From Candidatus Zambryskiibacteriota bacterium (GTDB taxonomy: Bacteria > Patescibacteriota > Minisyncoccia > Phycocordibacterales > WO2-35-19): DNA of 64,000 nucleotides. Made by a program: the position numbers and the translations under genes. Below the pieces are notes generated by a model. The model saw nothing but the letters and a program-made list of their open reading frames with translations. It made no database searches and had not been told where the DNA came from. Shown piece by piece: positions 19,938-30,978 of this stretch (its first letter is position 1; every line of letters starts with the position of its first letter). The DNA lies in assembly GCA_043799105.1 (NCBI GenBank), contig JAZDOB010000010.1, positions 10,516 through 74,515 on the forward strand, in the 5' to 3' direction.

Positions 19938-21472
19938 GAGTCCTTTTAATAAGACCGTATTTTGAAATGCTTAGACATGAATTGGTCTTTTTACCTTTTG
20001 AGCCGTTGGGTTTGGAATATCTAAAAAGTGCTCTACTCACAGAAAACCATAGAGTTGAGATATATGACTGCTTAACTGAACACCCCCAAAATATCAGGCA
20101 TTTAAAAGAAAAGAATCTTTTTAGATGTGGAAGCGAGGAAAAAGACATTGTAAAAAAAATCAAAGACTTTGAGCCGGATGTTGTCGGTATTTCCGGGATG
20201 TTCTATTCCCAAGCAAGTTCTTTTTACCGGATTGCGGATTTAGTAAAAAAAATAAACCCGCGCATCTTTGTCGTCGGAGGAGGGGCTTTCCCATCTGCTT
20301 ATAAGGAAAAAACATTGATGGAAAATAAAAATATAGATACTATTGTTATCGGCGAAGGAGAAGAAACAATGGTGGAATTGCTTAAAAAAATAAATAATCC
20401 GAGAGAGATTAAGGGAATTTGTTTTATAGACCCAAAGTCCAGAGAGATTGTCTGCAATGAACCGAGGATCATAAATATGAGCATAGACAAAATCATTTTT
20501 CCTTATAGAAATTTTTCAAAAATTTATGATTATTCAAAACCGATAGGCTATAATTATTCCGATAAATTTAATTTATCAAAACTCGTCAAAAGTTTTATTT
20601 TATATTCCGCTTTGTCCGTTCCGGTTCTTCGTTTTTGTTTCTCTAAAATATTTAACCTTAGGCATAAAAATAAAATCAAATCGCTTTTAATGCCTCACGG
20701 TTTTATCATTACTAGTCGCAGTTGTCCAAACCGTTGCGGTTTTTGCGCTATCCATAAAGTTTGGGGGAGTGTTTATCGGATGCGTTCCGCACAGAATGTT
20801 TTGGATGAGATAGGTCTGCTGGTAGAACACGGCATCAAAGAGATAGTTGTTGTGGACGACAATTTCACTGTCTCCAAAAAGAGAACCATAGAAATATGCA
20901 AAGAAATAGTTAGACGCAAATATAATATCCGCCTCCTGACTCCCAGCGGTATTTTCATTCCGTCTCTCGATAGGGAAGTTCTGGAACATTTATATGAAGC
21001 TGGTTTAAAAGAGCTCAAATTTGGCATTGAAAACGGTGACCAGGAATTTTTGAATAAAGTTATAAGAAAAAATGTGAATCTGGAACAGGCAAAAAAGATT
21101 ATCAAAGAGGCAAAGGAAATAGGGTTTTATACTCAGGCCTTTTTAATATTTGGTTATCCCGGCGAAACCAAAGACACGATGCTTAAAACCCTAAGATTTG
21201 CTTTTGAGTCTGGTGTTGATTCGGCAAGGTTTTATATTTTTCAGCCATTTCCTGGTACTCAAGCTTTTGAGGCGACCATAAAGATGGGAAATCATAATAC
21301 AAATTTTGACCTGGGCAGATTGAAAGCTATGACCGATGTTCCCCAGGTCGAGACAAAAGATTTTACCAAGAATGATGTCAAAAAAATATACGATCTGGCC
21401 TATCGCACCTTGGAAAAAGGGAACTATAATGATATAAAGGATAGATTGAAAGAAATATTAAAATGGCAATAA
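19934..21472 (+). CDS. B12-binding (class B) radical SAM enzyme, paralog 2
   Basis: MRVLLIRPYFE…LGLEYLKSALLTENHRVEIYDC. Radical SAM motif SRSCPNRCGFCAI. Confidence 0.8.
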   Translation: MRVLLIRPYFEMLRHELVFLPFEPLGLEYLKSALLTENHRVEIYDCLTEHPQNIRHLKEKNLFRCGSEEKDIVKKIKDFEPDVVGISGMFYSQASSFYRIADLVKKINPRIFVVGGGAFPSAYKEKTLMENKNIDTIVIGEGEETMVELLKKINNPREIKGICFIDPKSREIVCNEPRIINMSIDKIIFPYRNFSKIYDYSKPIGYNYSDKFNLSKLVKSFILYSALSVPVLRFCFSKIFNLRHKNKIKSLLMPHGFIITSRSCPNRCGFCAIHKVWGSVYRMRSAQNVLDEIGLLVEHGIKEIVVVDDNFTVSKKRTIEICKEIVRRKYNIRLLTPSGIFIPSLDREVLEHLYEAGLKELKFGIENGDQEFLNKVIRKNVNLEQAKKIIKEAKEIGFYTQAFLIFGYPGETKDTMLKTLRFAFESGVDSARFYIFQPFPGTQAFEATIKMGNHNTNFDLGRLKAMTDVPQVETKDFTKNDVKKIYDLAYRTLEKGNYNDIKDRLKEILKWQ

Positions 21473-21473
21473 A

Positions 21474-22106
21474 ATGACCTTTTTTTCTGATTTAAAATAT
21501 AAGGTTAAAGACGAAGAAGACCTCTGGTTTGAGGAGCTTTATTTCAACCGCTGGTTCGAGGACGTTAAGGGCCCGATTTTGGACATTGGTTGCGCTACCG
21601 GTAATTTTATGATGGTGAAACCGGAAATTTTTGAGGGAATTGAGATCGAAGATGACAGCTACAAAGTTGCCAAAAGCCGGGGATTGAAGGTGTTCAAACT
21701 TGATGTAGAAAAAGATTTGGGCGGTTTGGCCAGTGCTAAATATGAGGCAGTTTACGCCAAACAAGTGATTGAACATTTGAAAAATCCATTGATTTTTTTA
21801 AAGGAGATCAAGAGGATTTTGAAGCCGGGAGGAAAGGCGATAGTGCTGACACCCAATTGCCCATTCATGCTTAAATTTTTTTGGGATGATTATACACATC
21901 AACGTCCATTTACTAGAAAAAGTTTAAAAATGCTTGCTTATAATGCCGGTTTTAAGAAGATAAAGATTTATGAAGACTTCAGATGTTTCCCGGGGATTGG
22001 GAAAGTTATGCGGATTTTCCATCTTAAACCAAATACAGTTAGGTTCTTTCAGACAATTTTAGGTATTCGCGGTTATGCACTGATTTTGGAAGTTATCAAT
22101 AATTAA
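21474..22106 (+). CDS. Class I SAM-dependent methyltransferase
   Basis: ILDIGCATGNFM (motif I) …GGKAIVLTPN…. Confidence 0.7.
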   Translation: MTFFSDLKYKVKDEEDLWFEELYFNRWFEDVKGPILDIGCATGNFMMVKPEIFEGIEIEDDSYKVAKSRGLKVFKLDVEKDLGGLASAKYEAVYAKQVIEHLKNPLIFLKEIKRILKPGGKAIVLTPNCPFMLKFFWDDYTHQRPFTRKSLKMLAYNAGFKKIKIYEDFRCFPGIGKVMRIFHLKPNTVRFFQTILGIRGYALILEVINN

Positions 22107-22116
22107 AAAATTGTAA

Positions 22117-23154
22117 ATGAATAAAAATAATCAAAAAAGAGCTTTAATTACAGGTATTACCGGCCAGGACGGTTCTTATCTGGCTGAACTTTTGGTATCG
22201 AAGGGTTATAAAGTCTTTGGTTTAGTGCGTCGCACCAGTACCGACCCGTTGATGCGTATTGAAAAGTTGTATAGTGCGAAAAAAATAGATTTATTGAACG
22301 GCAATCTCCGAGATTCGGCTTCACTCGCTCGAGTTCTCCGAGAAGCCAATCCGGATGAAGTTTATAATTTGGCGGCCCAATCGGATGTCGGTATATCTTT
22401 CTCTTGTCCAGAAGAAACGTTTGAAGTCGACTATCATGGTCTCGGTCGTTTGGTGCTTGAAATAATGGCATTCAATCCAAAAATAAAGGTTTATCAAGCG
22501 TCTACAAGTGAAATGTTCGGCGCAACCAAACCTCCCCAAAATGAGAATTCTCCATTCAAACCTGTTAGTCCTTATGGTAAGGCCAAACTAAGAGCTCACG
22601 AAGATTATGTGGTTGGGTACAGAGAAAAACACAATCTTTTCATCTGTTCCGGTTTTTTGTTTAATCATGAATCACCAAGGCGAGGCAAGCATTTTGTTAC
22701 CAGGAAGATAGCTATGTCTATGGTCAAAATAAAACTCGGACTGCAAGATTATTTCGAATTGGGCAATTTAGATAGCAAGCGAGACTGGGGTTATGCAGGA
22801 GATTATGTCGAGGTTATGTGGCAAATGCTTCAACAAAAAGAACCACAGGACTTTGTAATTTCTACAGGCAAAAGCCATACAGTAAGGGATTTTGTGAACG
22901 AAGTTGCCAAAGCTCTTGAAATGGATATCAAATGGCAAGGCAAAGGTTTGAAAGAGGTGGCCGTTGATGAAAAGGGGAAAGTTATTTTGCGCATCAATGA
23001 AAAATATTTTCGCAAAACAGAAGTTGATTATCTTCTGGGTGATAGCAGTAAAGCAAAGAAAATCCTTGGTTTTGAGCCAAAATGCGATTTTAAAAATCTT
23101 GTAAAGATGATGGTGGAAGCGGATATGGAAAATATCAAAACTAATAAAAGATGA
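22117..23154 (+). CDS. gmd: GDP-mannose 4,6-dehydratase
   Basis: ALITGITGQDGSYLAELLVSKGYKVFGLVRRTS…YGKAKL…: canonical GMD sequence pattern and length. Confidence 0.9.
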   Translation: MNKNNQKRALITGITGQDGSYLAELLVSKGYKVFGLVRRTSTDPLMRIEKLYSAKKIDLLNGNLRDSASLARVLREANPDEVYNLAAQSDVGISFSCPEETFEVDYHGLGRLVLEIMAFNPKIKVYQASTSEMFGATKPPQNENSPFKPVSPYGKAKLRAHEDYVVGYREKHNLFICSGFLFNHESPRRGKHFVTRKIAMSMVKIKLGLQDYFELGNLDSKRDWGYAGDYVEVMWQMLQQKEPQDFVISTGKSHTVRDFVNEVAKALEMDIKWQGKGLKEVAVDEKGKVILRINEKYFRKTEVDYLLGDSSKAKKILGFEPKCDFKNLVKMMVEADMENIKTNKR

Positions 23155-24014
23155 AAAATTTTATAAATAAAATAAGCAACCTTATATCGGAAAAAATAGG
23201 AATTGCAGAGATAAAAAGGATGATCGCCATGGACAGGAGATTATCGATCGCTAAATATTTGAATGATTATTTGTACCAAAATCCAAAATATATAAATTCA
23301 AACCGTATTAATAGATATGAATTTAGCATCCATTCTCAGGGGGGCGATGATGGTATCATAATAGAAATTTTTAAAAGAATAGGTGTTACAAATAAAAATT
23401 TCGTGGAATTTGGTGTAGGAAACGGTTTACAAAACAACACGGTATCTTTGCTGTTGGATGGTTGGTCTGGTTTATGGTTTGAGGGAGATTTAAAAAATTT
23501 CAAAGAAGTTGGTAAAAATCTAGAACTTTTAATAAATCAGAAGAAATTAAGCCTAATCTCCGCGCTTATTACAGCAGACAACGTGGAGAGCTTATTTAAA
23601 GAAAATAATGTTAAGAATGATGTTGATTTGTTGTCTGTTGATATAGACGGAAATGATTATTGGGTTTGGAAGGCCATAAAGAATTTTAAACCTAGAGTTG
23701 TAGTTTTGGAATATAATGCTGGGTATGGTCCGGATTTGGCGGTTGTTCAAAAATACGACAAAGACTATTTTTGGAAGAGGACACATTTTTATGGTTCAAG
23801 TTTAAACGCTCTTAATAAGCTTGCTAAAGAAAAGGGGTACTCTTTAGTCGCCTGTTGTTTTTCTGGTAATAATGCGTATTTTGTCAGAAATGATCTTATT
23901 CAAGATAAGTTTGATAAAAACCTGACAGTCAAAGATATATTTGAGGAGTTTAAACCTTTTCTTTTTCAAAATAGGAAATATTCGGACAAAATAATTGACA
24001 CGGTTCAAGTATAG
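23151..24014 (+). CDS. Hypothetical protein, possibly FkbM-like methyltransferase fold
   Basis: …NFVEFGVGNGLQNNT… and …DLLSVDIDGNDYWVWKAI… are reminiscent of FkbM motifs. Weak. Confidence 0.3.
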   Translation: MKNFINKISNLISEKIGIAEIKRMIAMDRRLSIAKYLNDYLYQNPKYINSNRINRYEFSIHSQGGDDGIIIEIFKRIGVTNKNFVEFGVGNGLQNNTVSLLLDGWSGLWFEGDLKNFKEVGKNLELLINQKKLSLISALITADNVESLFKENNVKNDVDLLSVDIDGNDYWVWKAIKNFKPRVVVLEYNAGYGPDLAVVQKYDKDYFWKRTHFYGSSLNALNKLAKEKGYSLVACCFSGNNAYFVRNDLIQDKFDKNLTVKDIFEEFKPFLFQNRKYSDKIIDTVQV

Positions 24015-24016
24015 AT

Positions 24017-25162
24017 ATGAATATAAAATACGTAACAGACGTCAGAATACCGACGCCAAGGGCTCAGGGTTATGCCATCATGAAAATGTGCTCGGAGTTT
24101 ACCAGAGCCGGAGCAGAGGTAGAACTTTTTGTGCCAGAAAGGGGTAATAATCAAAATAAGCAGGACCCCTTTGATTTTTATGGGATAGAAAAAAATTTCT
24201 ATATAAAAAGAATTCCAAGTTTTGATTTTTTAGGCAAAACTCCGAGATCTAGCAAAATTCTTTATTGGTTGGATGTTTTGTCGTTCGTTGCAGTGTCAAA
24301 ATTTTTGGTGAATTTAAAAACAGAAGACATACTTTATACTCGCGACTTTATAATACCTTTGTTTTTCTCCAAAAGATTTTTTATGGTTCTTGAACTCCAT
24401 AGTATTCCTAGGTCAAAATTTCTTTTTAATCTGAGCCTAAAAAAGACCAAACTTTTTGTAGTGTTGAACAGTAGTCTAAAAAATATTTTGGTGGATATGG
24501 GAATTTCCGATAAAAAAATATTAATCTCGCCGAGCGGAGTAGATTTGAATCATTTTGGAAACTTTACCGATGATTTTAAAATAAAAGGCATATCAGAAAA
24601 CGATTTTGTATATGGATATATAGGCATGCTGAAAACTATGGGCATGGAAAAAGGAGTAGCCAGTGGCCTTCAAGCTCTCAAGGAACTTCCATCTGAGTAT
24701 AAATTTTTAGTGGTAGGTGGTGAAAAACCCGATGTTGAATATTACAGGAATTTGTCCAATAAACTGGGCGTATCCGATAGGGCAATTTTTGTAGGCCGAG
24801 TACCTTATTCTGATGTTTCAAAATACGCTTCAAAGTGTAATGCATTTGTCGCCCCTTTTCCCGAGAATGAGCATTACAGCCTTTTTATGTCTCCACTTAA
24901 AATTTTTGAATATATGGCCAGTAAAAAGCCTATCATTGCGACAGATCTGCCTTCTTTGAGAGAAGTATTAACAGATGGAAGGAACTCCTTGTTAGTGCCT
25001 CCCGGTGATGCGCGAGCTTTGGCTTATGCCATTGTTAAACTCAAGGAGAATCCTGATATTGGTAATAAAATGGCGGATAAAGCCTACCTAGATGTTTCAG
25101 AAAAATATACATGGAAAATCAGGGCGGAAAAAATCATTTCATTTATAAAACTTAATTCATGA
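24017..25162 (+). CDS. Glycosyltransferase family 4
   Basis: …SPLKIFEYMASKKPIIATDLPSLREVLTDGRNSLLVPPGD…. Confidence 0.75.
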   Translation: MNIKYVTDVRIPTPRAQGYAIMKMCSEFTRAGAEVELFVPERGNNQNKQDPFDFYGIEKNFYIKRIPSFDFLGKTPRSSKILYWLDVLSFVAVSKFLVNLKTEDILYTRDFIIPLFFSKRFFMVLELHSIPRSKFLFNLSLKKTKLFVVLNSSLKNILVDMGISDKKILISPSGVDLNHFGNFTDDFKIKGISENDFVYGYIGMLKTMGMEKGVASGLQALKELPSEYKFLVVGGEKPDVEYYRNLSNKLGVSDRAIFVGRVPYSDVSKYASKCNAFVAPFPENEHYSLFMSPLKIFEYMASKKPIIATDLPSLREVLTDGRNSLLVPPGDARALAYAIVKLKENPDIGNKMADKAYLDVSEKYTWKIRAEKIISFIKLNS

Positions 25163-25862
25163 GTGAATAGAATCGGTCAGAAACTTTTTGCAAGTTTTCA
25201 AAATCAAACTCTTGTTTTTGATTGGTGGTTTTTTTATTTTTACATATCAAAAGGGCGTGACGGTTTAGAGAGCGGAACGAACAGGTTAGATATTCAAAAC
25301 GGCTTAAAAACCATGAAAAAATTCTAAATGGCAAAAGGCCGGCTATCGGATGAGAACCGAGGTTATCATGGCCGTTCCGCTCAAAAAAGCGCTCATACAG
25401 ACAACTTATAATGTTTCTATAATATATTTTTTTGACAGAGTTAAAATTGTTAGAAAACAATTTTAACTCCTCATTAAAATCGGCAGATAGAGATAATTCA
25501 CAAATAAAATTACCCTCTGGTGCTGTAATTCGCGAAAGCCCGGCAATTGCTCGAAGTCTCCTTTGAGACGGCAAGTAATTGAGAGTATTTGTTGAGACGA
25601 CGATGTCTATGCTATTTCCTGTAACAGTGTCAAGGTTTGCCACATCGGCGTGTAGACCTATAGTTTTGGAATCAGGATACTTTTTAAGACCGATTTTAAG
25701 TGATGCTCTGTCGATATCAAGTCCGATATACATATCAGTTTTAAACATATGCCGGTTTTTCATTCCGGCGGAAGCGGCATCCAAACCGATTTTGCCTTTT
25801 ATTTTAGAAAGTTCTTTTTGCAAAACCGGAAAGATAAAATTTTTTGAAGGTCTTATGTACAT
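25152..25862 (-). CDS. Class I SAM-dependent methyltransferase (type 11-like)
   Basis: …YIGLDIDRASL…GNSIDIVVSTNTLNYLP…LSRITAPEGNFI… Overlaps the convergent GT4 by 11 nt. Confidence 0.55.
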   Translation of the reverse strand: MYIRPSKNFIFPVLQKELSKIKGKIGLDAASAGMKNRHMFKTDMYIGLDIDRASLKIGLKKYPDSKTIGLHADVANLDTVTGNSIDIVVSTNTLNYLPSQRRLRAIAGLSRITAPEGNFICELSLSADFNEELKLFSNNFNSVKKIYYRNIISCLYERFFERNGHDNLGSHPIAGLLPFRIFSWFLSRFEYLTCSFRSLNRHALLICKNKKTTNQKQEFDFENLQKVSDRFYSLMN

Positions 25863-27103
25863 TTGTTTTTGATAATTTTATCGTAAAACTCCAACCATTG
25901 TTTTTTTATTTTATCAGATTTTAATTTTTTTAAGGTTGTCTGCCCACCGCTGACCAGTTTTTCTCTTAATTTTTTGTCTCCGGCTAATTTTATAATTGCC
26001 TGCGCTAGTTTTTCCGGATTTTTAGGCGACACTAGCAGACCGTCATAGTCGTCGGTTATGGTTTCCGTTAAGGCTGGCACGGCCGATGCCACCAGCGGTT
26101 TGTTGGCGGCAAAGGCTTCAACCGCGACTAGGCCGAATCCTTCATAGCGGGAAGGAATAGCGACAATTGAACTCAAATCATATATTTTTTTTAACAGTTG
26201 CTCGCTAATCTGGCCGAAAAAAATCACCCGTTCTTCAATTCCCAGCTTTTTAATAAGGTCAACTAAGTTTGGAGGCAGTTCTTTACACGTAGGAGTGACC
26301 AGCACGAATGAAGGCACGATATTTTTATCGACAAATCTGATCGCCTCGAGGTAAATATCCCAACCCTTTCGTAGTTTCAGCTGACCGACAAATAAAACTA
26401 ACGGCGAATTTAAGTTTTCGATTTTTTTTAAATTCATCAATTGACGGTCATCTTCCGGATTAAGCTCCCGGTTTATTTGCCAGCGGTCGTCGTCGAAAAA
26501 GTATGGCAAGTAGCGGCAATTTTTTAAACCCAACTCGGTGACTAAATCAAAATTGTGTTTTGAGACAAAGATTACTTGATCCGCGTGAGTCAGCGACCAG
26601 TGATAAAAATAATTTTTAAAGCTGGAAATTGGCGGGGCGCCATGTTTGGAGAAGATTTCATTGAATAGCTGTTTTAAATCAATAATTATGCCGTTTGGTT
26701 TTAGCGGTTTACCCAGGGGGTCATCGCGATCGTCAACCAGATAATGGTCGTGCAATAAACCATATTCGGTAAAAATCAGCGATATGGCTAAAAATTTAGA
26801 TAATATTCCACTCAAAGCACCCAGGCGATTATTTCTTAAATGGTATACATGGATTACGTCTGGCCGGCTTAAAAATAATATTTGTAATAAAAGAAAAATA
26901 CCTTGGCCTAAACTTTTATAACGTTTTATTATTATGCCCTTATAGCTATCCAGTTCAATAGTTTTTTCTTGCTGGCGGGTCAAGGCGGTTACTTGCCAGT
27001 CATTTTTTTCTAAAAGTCGAGCCGAAATAAATTCCATAAAATTAGCCAGGCGGTCGTTAAAACCGTAGGGTGTGACAATTAAAATTTTTTTCTTATTTAT
27101 CAT
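25853..27103 (-). CDS. Glycosyltransferase family 4
   Basis: …SRYEGFGLVAVEAFAANKPLVASAVPALTETITDDYDGLLVSPKN…. Confidence 0.8.
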   Translation of the reverse strand: MINKKKILIVTPYGFNDRLANFMEFISARLLEKNDWQVTALTRQQEKTIELDSYKGIIIKRYKSLGQGIFLLLQILFLSRPDVIHVYHLRNNRLGALSGILSKFLAISLIFTEYGLLHDHYLVDDRDDPLGKPLKPNGIIIDLKQLFNEIFSKHGAPPISSFKNYFYHWSLTHADQVIFVSKHNFDLVTELGLKNCRYLPYFFDDDRWQINRELNPEDDRQLMNLKKIENLNSPLVLFVGQLKLRKGWDIYLEAIRFVDKNIVPSFVLVTPTCKELPPNLVDLIKKLGIEERVIFFGQISEQLLKKIYDLSSIVAIPSRYEGFGLVAVEAFAANKPLVASAVPALTETITDDYDGLLVSPKNPEKLAQAIIKLAGDKKLREKLVSGGQTTLKKLKSDKIKKQWLEFYDKIIKNKCT

Positions 27104-27939
27104 TATTTTTTTAATAATAAATTAGCGTACCCGGTTTGGTACCAGTCTAAGTCCCCAATGTTTTCAAGAGATAATATTCCTGTTTTGGCGTGAGGAAGAA
27201 TTTGCAAAATGCTAAATCTGTAATTTTTAATTTTTTGCAGAAATTCAAGAGGGTTTATGTTGGCCGACTTTAAAGCTTGGGGAGAAAATTCCATAACTAA
27301 CAATAGGCCGGTAGCTTGGGAAAATAGTTTTTCCATGCCCATAAAGGCCAGTGGCTCGCCACCTTCAATGTCAATTTTAATGGCATTGATCTTTAAATTT
27401 TTTTGGCTGATATAATCATCAAGGTTGACAGCCGGCACGGTTATTTCTTCGGCGTTGTCCGTTGGAATAACGCTATGACAGCCAGTGCTGCCTTTTATTT
27501 TATAAAATTTAATAAAGCCGCTTAGTTTCGAAACGGCTTGCGGCACCAAGATAACATTTTTGTAGCGGGAGGTATTTTTTTGCAAGAGTTCGAAATTATC
27601 AGGATCGGCTTCAAAGGCGTAAACTCGGCCTTTTGGACCGACGAGTTTGGCAAAAAGGGAAGTATAGTAGCCGATGTGGGCGCCGATATCCACCACTGTC
27701 ATCCCTGGCTGGATGATCTTTTTAAAGAGTGCCGTTGTGTCTTTTTCATACCAACCTGCCAACATTTCCAGTTTCCAATCCCAGGAAAATTTTTTCGGGA
27801 AATAAAATTGGCGTGCCCCGGCCCATGAATTTATTAGTAGATCCAACGTTTGATGTAGAATTTTGTTTAAAACTTTCGATTGAAAAAACTGCTTATAAAT
27901 TTTCTTTGTTTTTGGAAAGATTTCAATAGTTCGTCCCAT
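27103..27939 (-). CDS. FkbM-family methyltransferase
   Basis: MTVVDIGAHIGYYTSLFAKLVGPKGRVYAFEADPDNFELLQKN…IKIDIEGGE…. Confidence 0.75.
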   Translation of the reverse strand: MGRTIEIFPKTKKIYKQFFQSKVLNKILHQTLDLLINSWAGARQFYFPKKFSWDWKLEMLAGWYEKDTTALFKKIIQPGMTVVDIGAHIGYYTSLFAKLVGPKGRVYAFEADPDNFELLQKNTSRYKNVILVPQAVSKLSGFIKFYKIKGSTGCHSVIPTDNAEEITVPAVNLDDYISQKNLKINAIKIDIEGGEPLAFMGMEKLFSQATGLLLVMEFSPQALKSANINPLEFLQKIKNYRFSILQILPHAKTGILSLENIGDLDWYQTGYANLLLKK

Positions 27940-27942
27940 AAA

Positions 27943-29445
27943 TTATATTTTTGATATTTCTTTTTTATAAGCTTGCCACAAAGCCGCTATCTCTTCCGGA
28001 GTGCCGCCTCTTTCCCAGATTTTGCTATAATTCACGTCAAACCCGGTATCATATACTGCTGAAACGTAATTTTCCAAACGACGCTCATATTCTTTGCCGG
28101 ACAAATCTTTTTTAAGAACCTCTTTTATTTTTGCAGTCAGAGTGGTCATATCTGTATGTTTAAATATGTTCGGTAATTTAAGTGTTATACCCAGGTTACT
28201 GAGTTGAATCGCGGGTTTATTTAAAAAAGCCGCTTCAGCCAAAGTGGTGCTACTCAAACTAATCACCAAATCACATCTTTTTAAAACTTCTTCGGTAGAT
28301 ATTTTATAATCAATCAATTTAACGTTGACGGTTCTGGCAAGTTTTTCAATATAAGAAGGCGACTGGTATCCAAGCATTGTCGGGTGTTCTTTTACCACGA
28401 GAGTATAATCATCCGGTAGAGACATGGCAATCTGCCGTGCCGTTTCCATCTGGTTGGTAAAATATGGAGCGGAGACATCAGTGCTGGCTTCCGGCTGAAC
28501 CTGGAGAGGAAAATAAACAAATTTCCTGATTTTATTAAGGGGGTAGTATTCAAAATTATTCATAAATTTTGTATATCTGTCTTTGCAATAATGGTCCCTT
28601 AAAATAATTCTCGGTGGGCGAAAGTCAATGGTAATACCGGTGCTTTTAAGTTCATTGATTGGTCGTTTAATATACCACCGGAGAATATGATAATAAGGTG
28701 ACCCAAAATGTCTTATTTTCTGGAGTAAGGTTTTTGGGGGCTCCTTTTTTATAAATGTCGGATATTTAAAATTCTTTCTGAATTCTGCTATATATTTCTT
28801 TGCCCTTTCTTGATTCTGACTTTTTTCATTTCCCGCATTGAGCAAATCTACTCTGTTCCAAAAAACTCCTGAATCTTCTAAATAATCATGAGAAAAAAGA
28901 GACATCCCGCTTATTTTGGAATCAGCCGTCCCAAGCATTGTTACACCTTTTTTCTTTGCGTACAGATTGAACATAATATGGGGGAAGCCGACAAACACCG
29001 GCGAAATAATTAAGTCCGGAGAGAATTGTTCAAAAATAAACTTTATGCACTTATAAACCGCCATTACATAATCAATAATCCCCCCATCAGAAACATTTTG
29101 CTTGGAACCATAATAAAACTTGTCCTTGTAAGAACGGACATGATTGCGGAGAGACATTACTATCGGCCAGATGGATTCAACACCGAGTGCCTCTTCAATT
29201 TCAGCTAATGTGTAGCTGTCTTCACCTAGGTATTCTTTTGGCCGACTTTCAATCTCGTCATTACTTATAGTGAGGTCGTAGGTTACTTCTTTTTGATTTA
29301 CAATAAATTCATGAGTAGTTCTTTTTAATGTGAAAGCAGCCAATTTGCATCCTTCACTTTGAAGTTTTTTTGCTAAAAAATGACCGATATTAATAGCCCA
29401 GCCTCTTTGTTGAAATATTAAAACTTTCTTACCTTTCATTTCCAT
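27943..29445 (-). CDS. Putative GT-B polymerising transferase (TagF/CDP-glycerol glycerophosphotransferase- or KpsS/KpsC capsule-synthesis-like)
   Basis: C-terminal …CDLVISLSSTTLAEAAFLNKPAIQL… resembles the TagF/Capsule_synth C-domains. Low sequence certainty. Confidence 0.4.
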   Translation of the reverse strand: MEMKGKKVLIFQQRGWAINIGHFLAKKLQSEGCKLAAFTLKRTTHEFIVNQKEVTYDLTISNDEIESRPKEYLGEDSYTLAEIEEALGVESIWPIVMSLRNHVRSYKDKFYYGSKQNVSDGGIIDYVMAVYKCIKFIFEQFSPDLIISPVFVGFPHIMFNLYAKKKGVTMLGTADSKISGMSLFSHDYLEDSGVFWNRVDLLNAGNEKSQNQERAKKYIAEFRKNFKYPTFIKKEPPKTLLQKIRHFGSPYYHILRWYIKRPINELKSTGITIDFRPPRIILRDHYCKDRYTKFMNNFEYYPLNKIRKFVYFPLQVQPEASTDVSAPYFTNQMETARQIAMSLPDDYTLVVKEHPTMLGYQSPSYIEKLARTVNVKLIDYKISTEEVLKRCDLVISLSSTTLAEAAFLNKPAIQLSNLGITLKLPNIFKHTDMTTLTAKIKEVLKKDLSGKEYERRLENYVSAVYDTGFDVNYSKIWERGGTPEEIAALWQAYKKEISKI

Positions 29446-29446
29446 T

Positions 29447-30928
29447 TTATTTGGTTAAAGCCTGACTATAAAGTTTTGAACGAAGGTTGTTGGCCTTTTT
29501 TGTTCTGCCTTCGGCCATTTTTATTTGAGGCCATATTTTTTCAGGCATTTTCAGATAAAGATCAAAAGTTTTAAGTAATCCCTCAACTTCAAGTGGGGGC
29601 ATTTTTGAAAAATTAAAAGAAGAAGCTTTTGAAACAGGAATTATGCGACTATTTCCATCTCTCAATTTTATCTCGTGTTTTTCACTTATAACGGTTTTTG
29701 GATACGGATAAATTATATAAACATTTGCAGCCTCAACATCAAGCTCTTTGTTTAACCTTATTGTTTCAAACACATTCTTACGTGATTCGTTGGGAAGACC
29801 GATCATATTAAAAGTCGATACCCTAATATTTTCAGTGTTTAGAAGTTTGATAGCGTTTTTAATTTGGTCGTTTGTCATCGTTCTGTTGAGAATTCCTCTC
29901 CGCAATTTTTCATTACCCGATTCAACCCCGACACTTGCTGCTACACAACCCATTTTTTTCAAAAGTTGAACTTTCTTGACAGTTGTGGTTTCTGGTCGAA
30001 CCGAACATCCGAATTTTATGTGGAGTGGCGCTAGTCCGCCAGCCAATTCCTCAAGGTATTCTTCTGATAAAAGCATTATGGAATCATCAGCAAACTTAAA
30101 CCAAGTTGCGCCGAATTTTTCTTTCAAATACGTCAGCTGTTTTATTGTTGTTTTTGGTGATTGAAAACGAAAATACCTGCCGCAATCTTTCAAAGTTTTT
30201 CTCAAAGAACCATTTACACAGTAAGTGCACAATTGAGGACAACCCCGTGACATTGTGTAAAAACTGCCACTGTAAATTTTGCCCATAAAGGGTCGGAAAA
30301 GATGTCTCTCATCAAAAAGTGACCAGTCGGGGATCGGCAACTTATCCATGTCTACAAATGGCCGGCATTCATTAATTTGTATTTTACCGCGTTTCCTAAA
30401 CCCCAAATTTTTTAGATTTGAATAGTCTTTGTGTTTCTCCAGACATTCGCATAATTCCAAAATCAATTCCTCTCCCTCGCCAACACAAGCAAAATCAATC
30501 TCTTTAAATTTCAAAACATCTTCAGGGCAAAGCGTGGCATGGACTCCGCCGACAACAATCTTGCAGTTTGGCTTAACTTTTTTCAAAAGATCTATCACTT
30601 TATCAAACTGGCCCGTCATAACAGAGATGGCTATTAAGTCCGGTTTGAATTCACTCAACTTTTTTTTGAAAGCTTTTTCCAATGATTGAACAGGGTCATT
30701 GGCTACCAAATCTTCAATTGAATACTCGGTTTTCAAATAAATTCCTGCGTTTGCTCTTTTCGGTTCCTGTTCGGTTTTTTGAGTTTTGACAAAAGTAAAA
30801 TCAAATAAACCAACGTTGTAGCCCCCTTTTTTCAAGATTGCAGATAAAGTGGCAATTCCAGAGGGAATACCTATGCTTAAATAATCGTTTGGGTGGACAA
30901 ACAATATTTTAAATTCATGCTTCTTCAT
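29447..30928 (-). CDS. B12-binding (class B) radical SAM enzyme, paralog 3
   Basis: FKILFVHPNDYLSIGIPSGIATLSAILKKGGYNVGLFDF. Radical SAM motif SRGCPQLCTYCVN. Confidence 0.8.
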   Translation of the reverse strand: MKKHEFKILFVHPNDYLSIGIPSGIATLSAILKKGGYNVGLFDFTFVKTQKTEQEPKRANAGIYLKTEYSIEDLVANDPVQSLEKAFKKKLSEFKPDLIAISVMTGQFDKVIDLLKKVKPNCKIVVGGVHATLCPEDVLKFKEIDFACVGEGEELILELCECLEKHKDYSNLKNLGFRKRGKIQINECRPFVDMDKLPIPDWSLFDERHLFRPFMGKIYSGSFYTMSRGCPQLCTYCVNGSLRKTLKDCGRYFRFQSPKTTIKQLTYLKEKFGATWFKFADDSIMLLSEEYLEELAGGLAPLHIKFGCSVRPETTTVKKVQLLKKMGCVAASVGVESGNEKLRRGILNRTMTNDQIKNAIKLLNTENIRVSTFNMIGLPNESRKNVFETIRLNKELDVEAANVYIIYPYPKTVISEKHEIKLRDGNSRIIPVSKASSFNFSKMPPLEVEGLLKTFDLYLKMPEKIWPQIKMAEGRTKKANNLRSKLYSQALTK

Positions 30929-30978
30929 TGTTCACCATCATACTTTATAAATATAAAAAAGTATACTCAAGAGCCTTA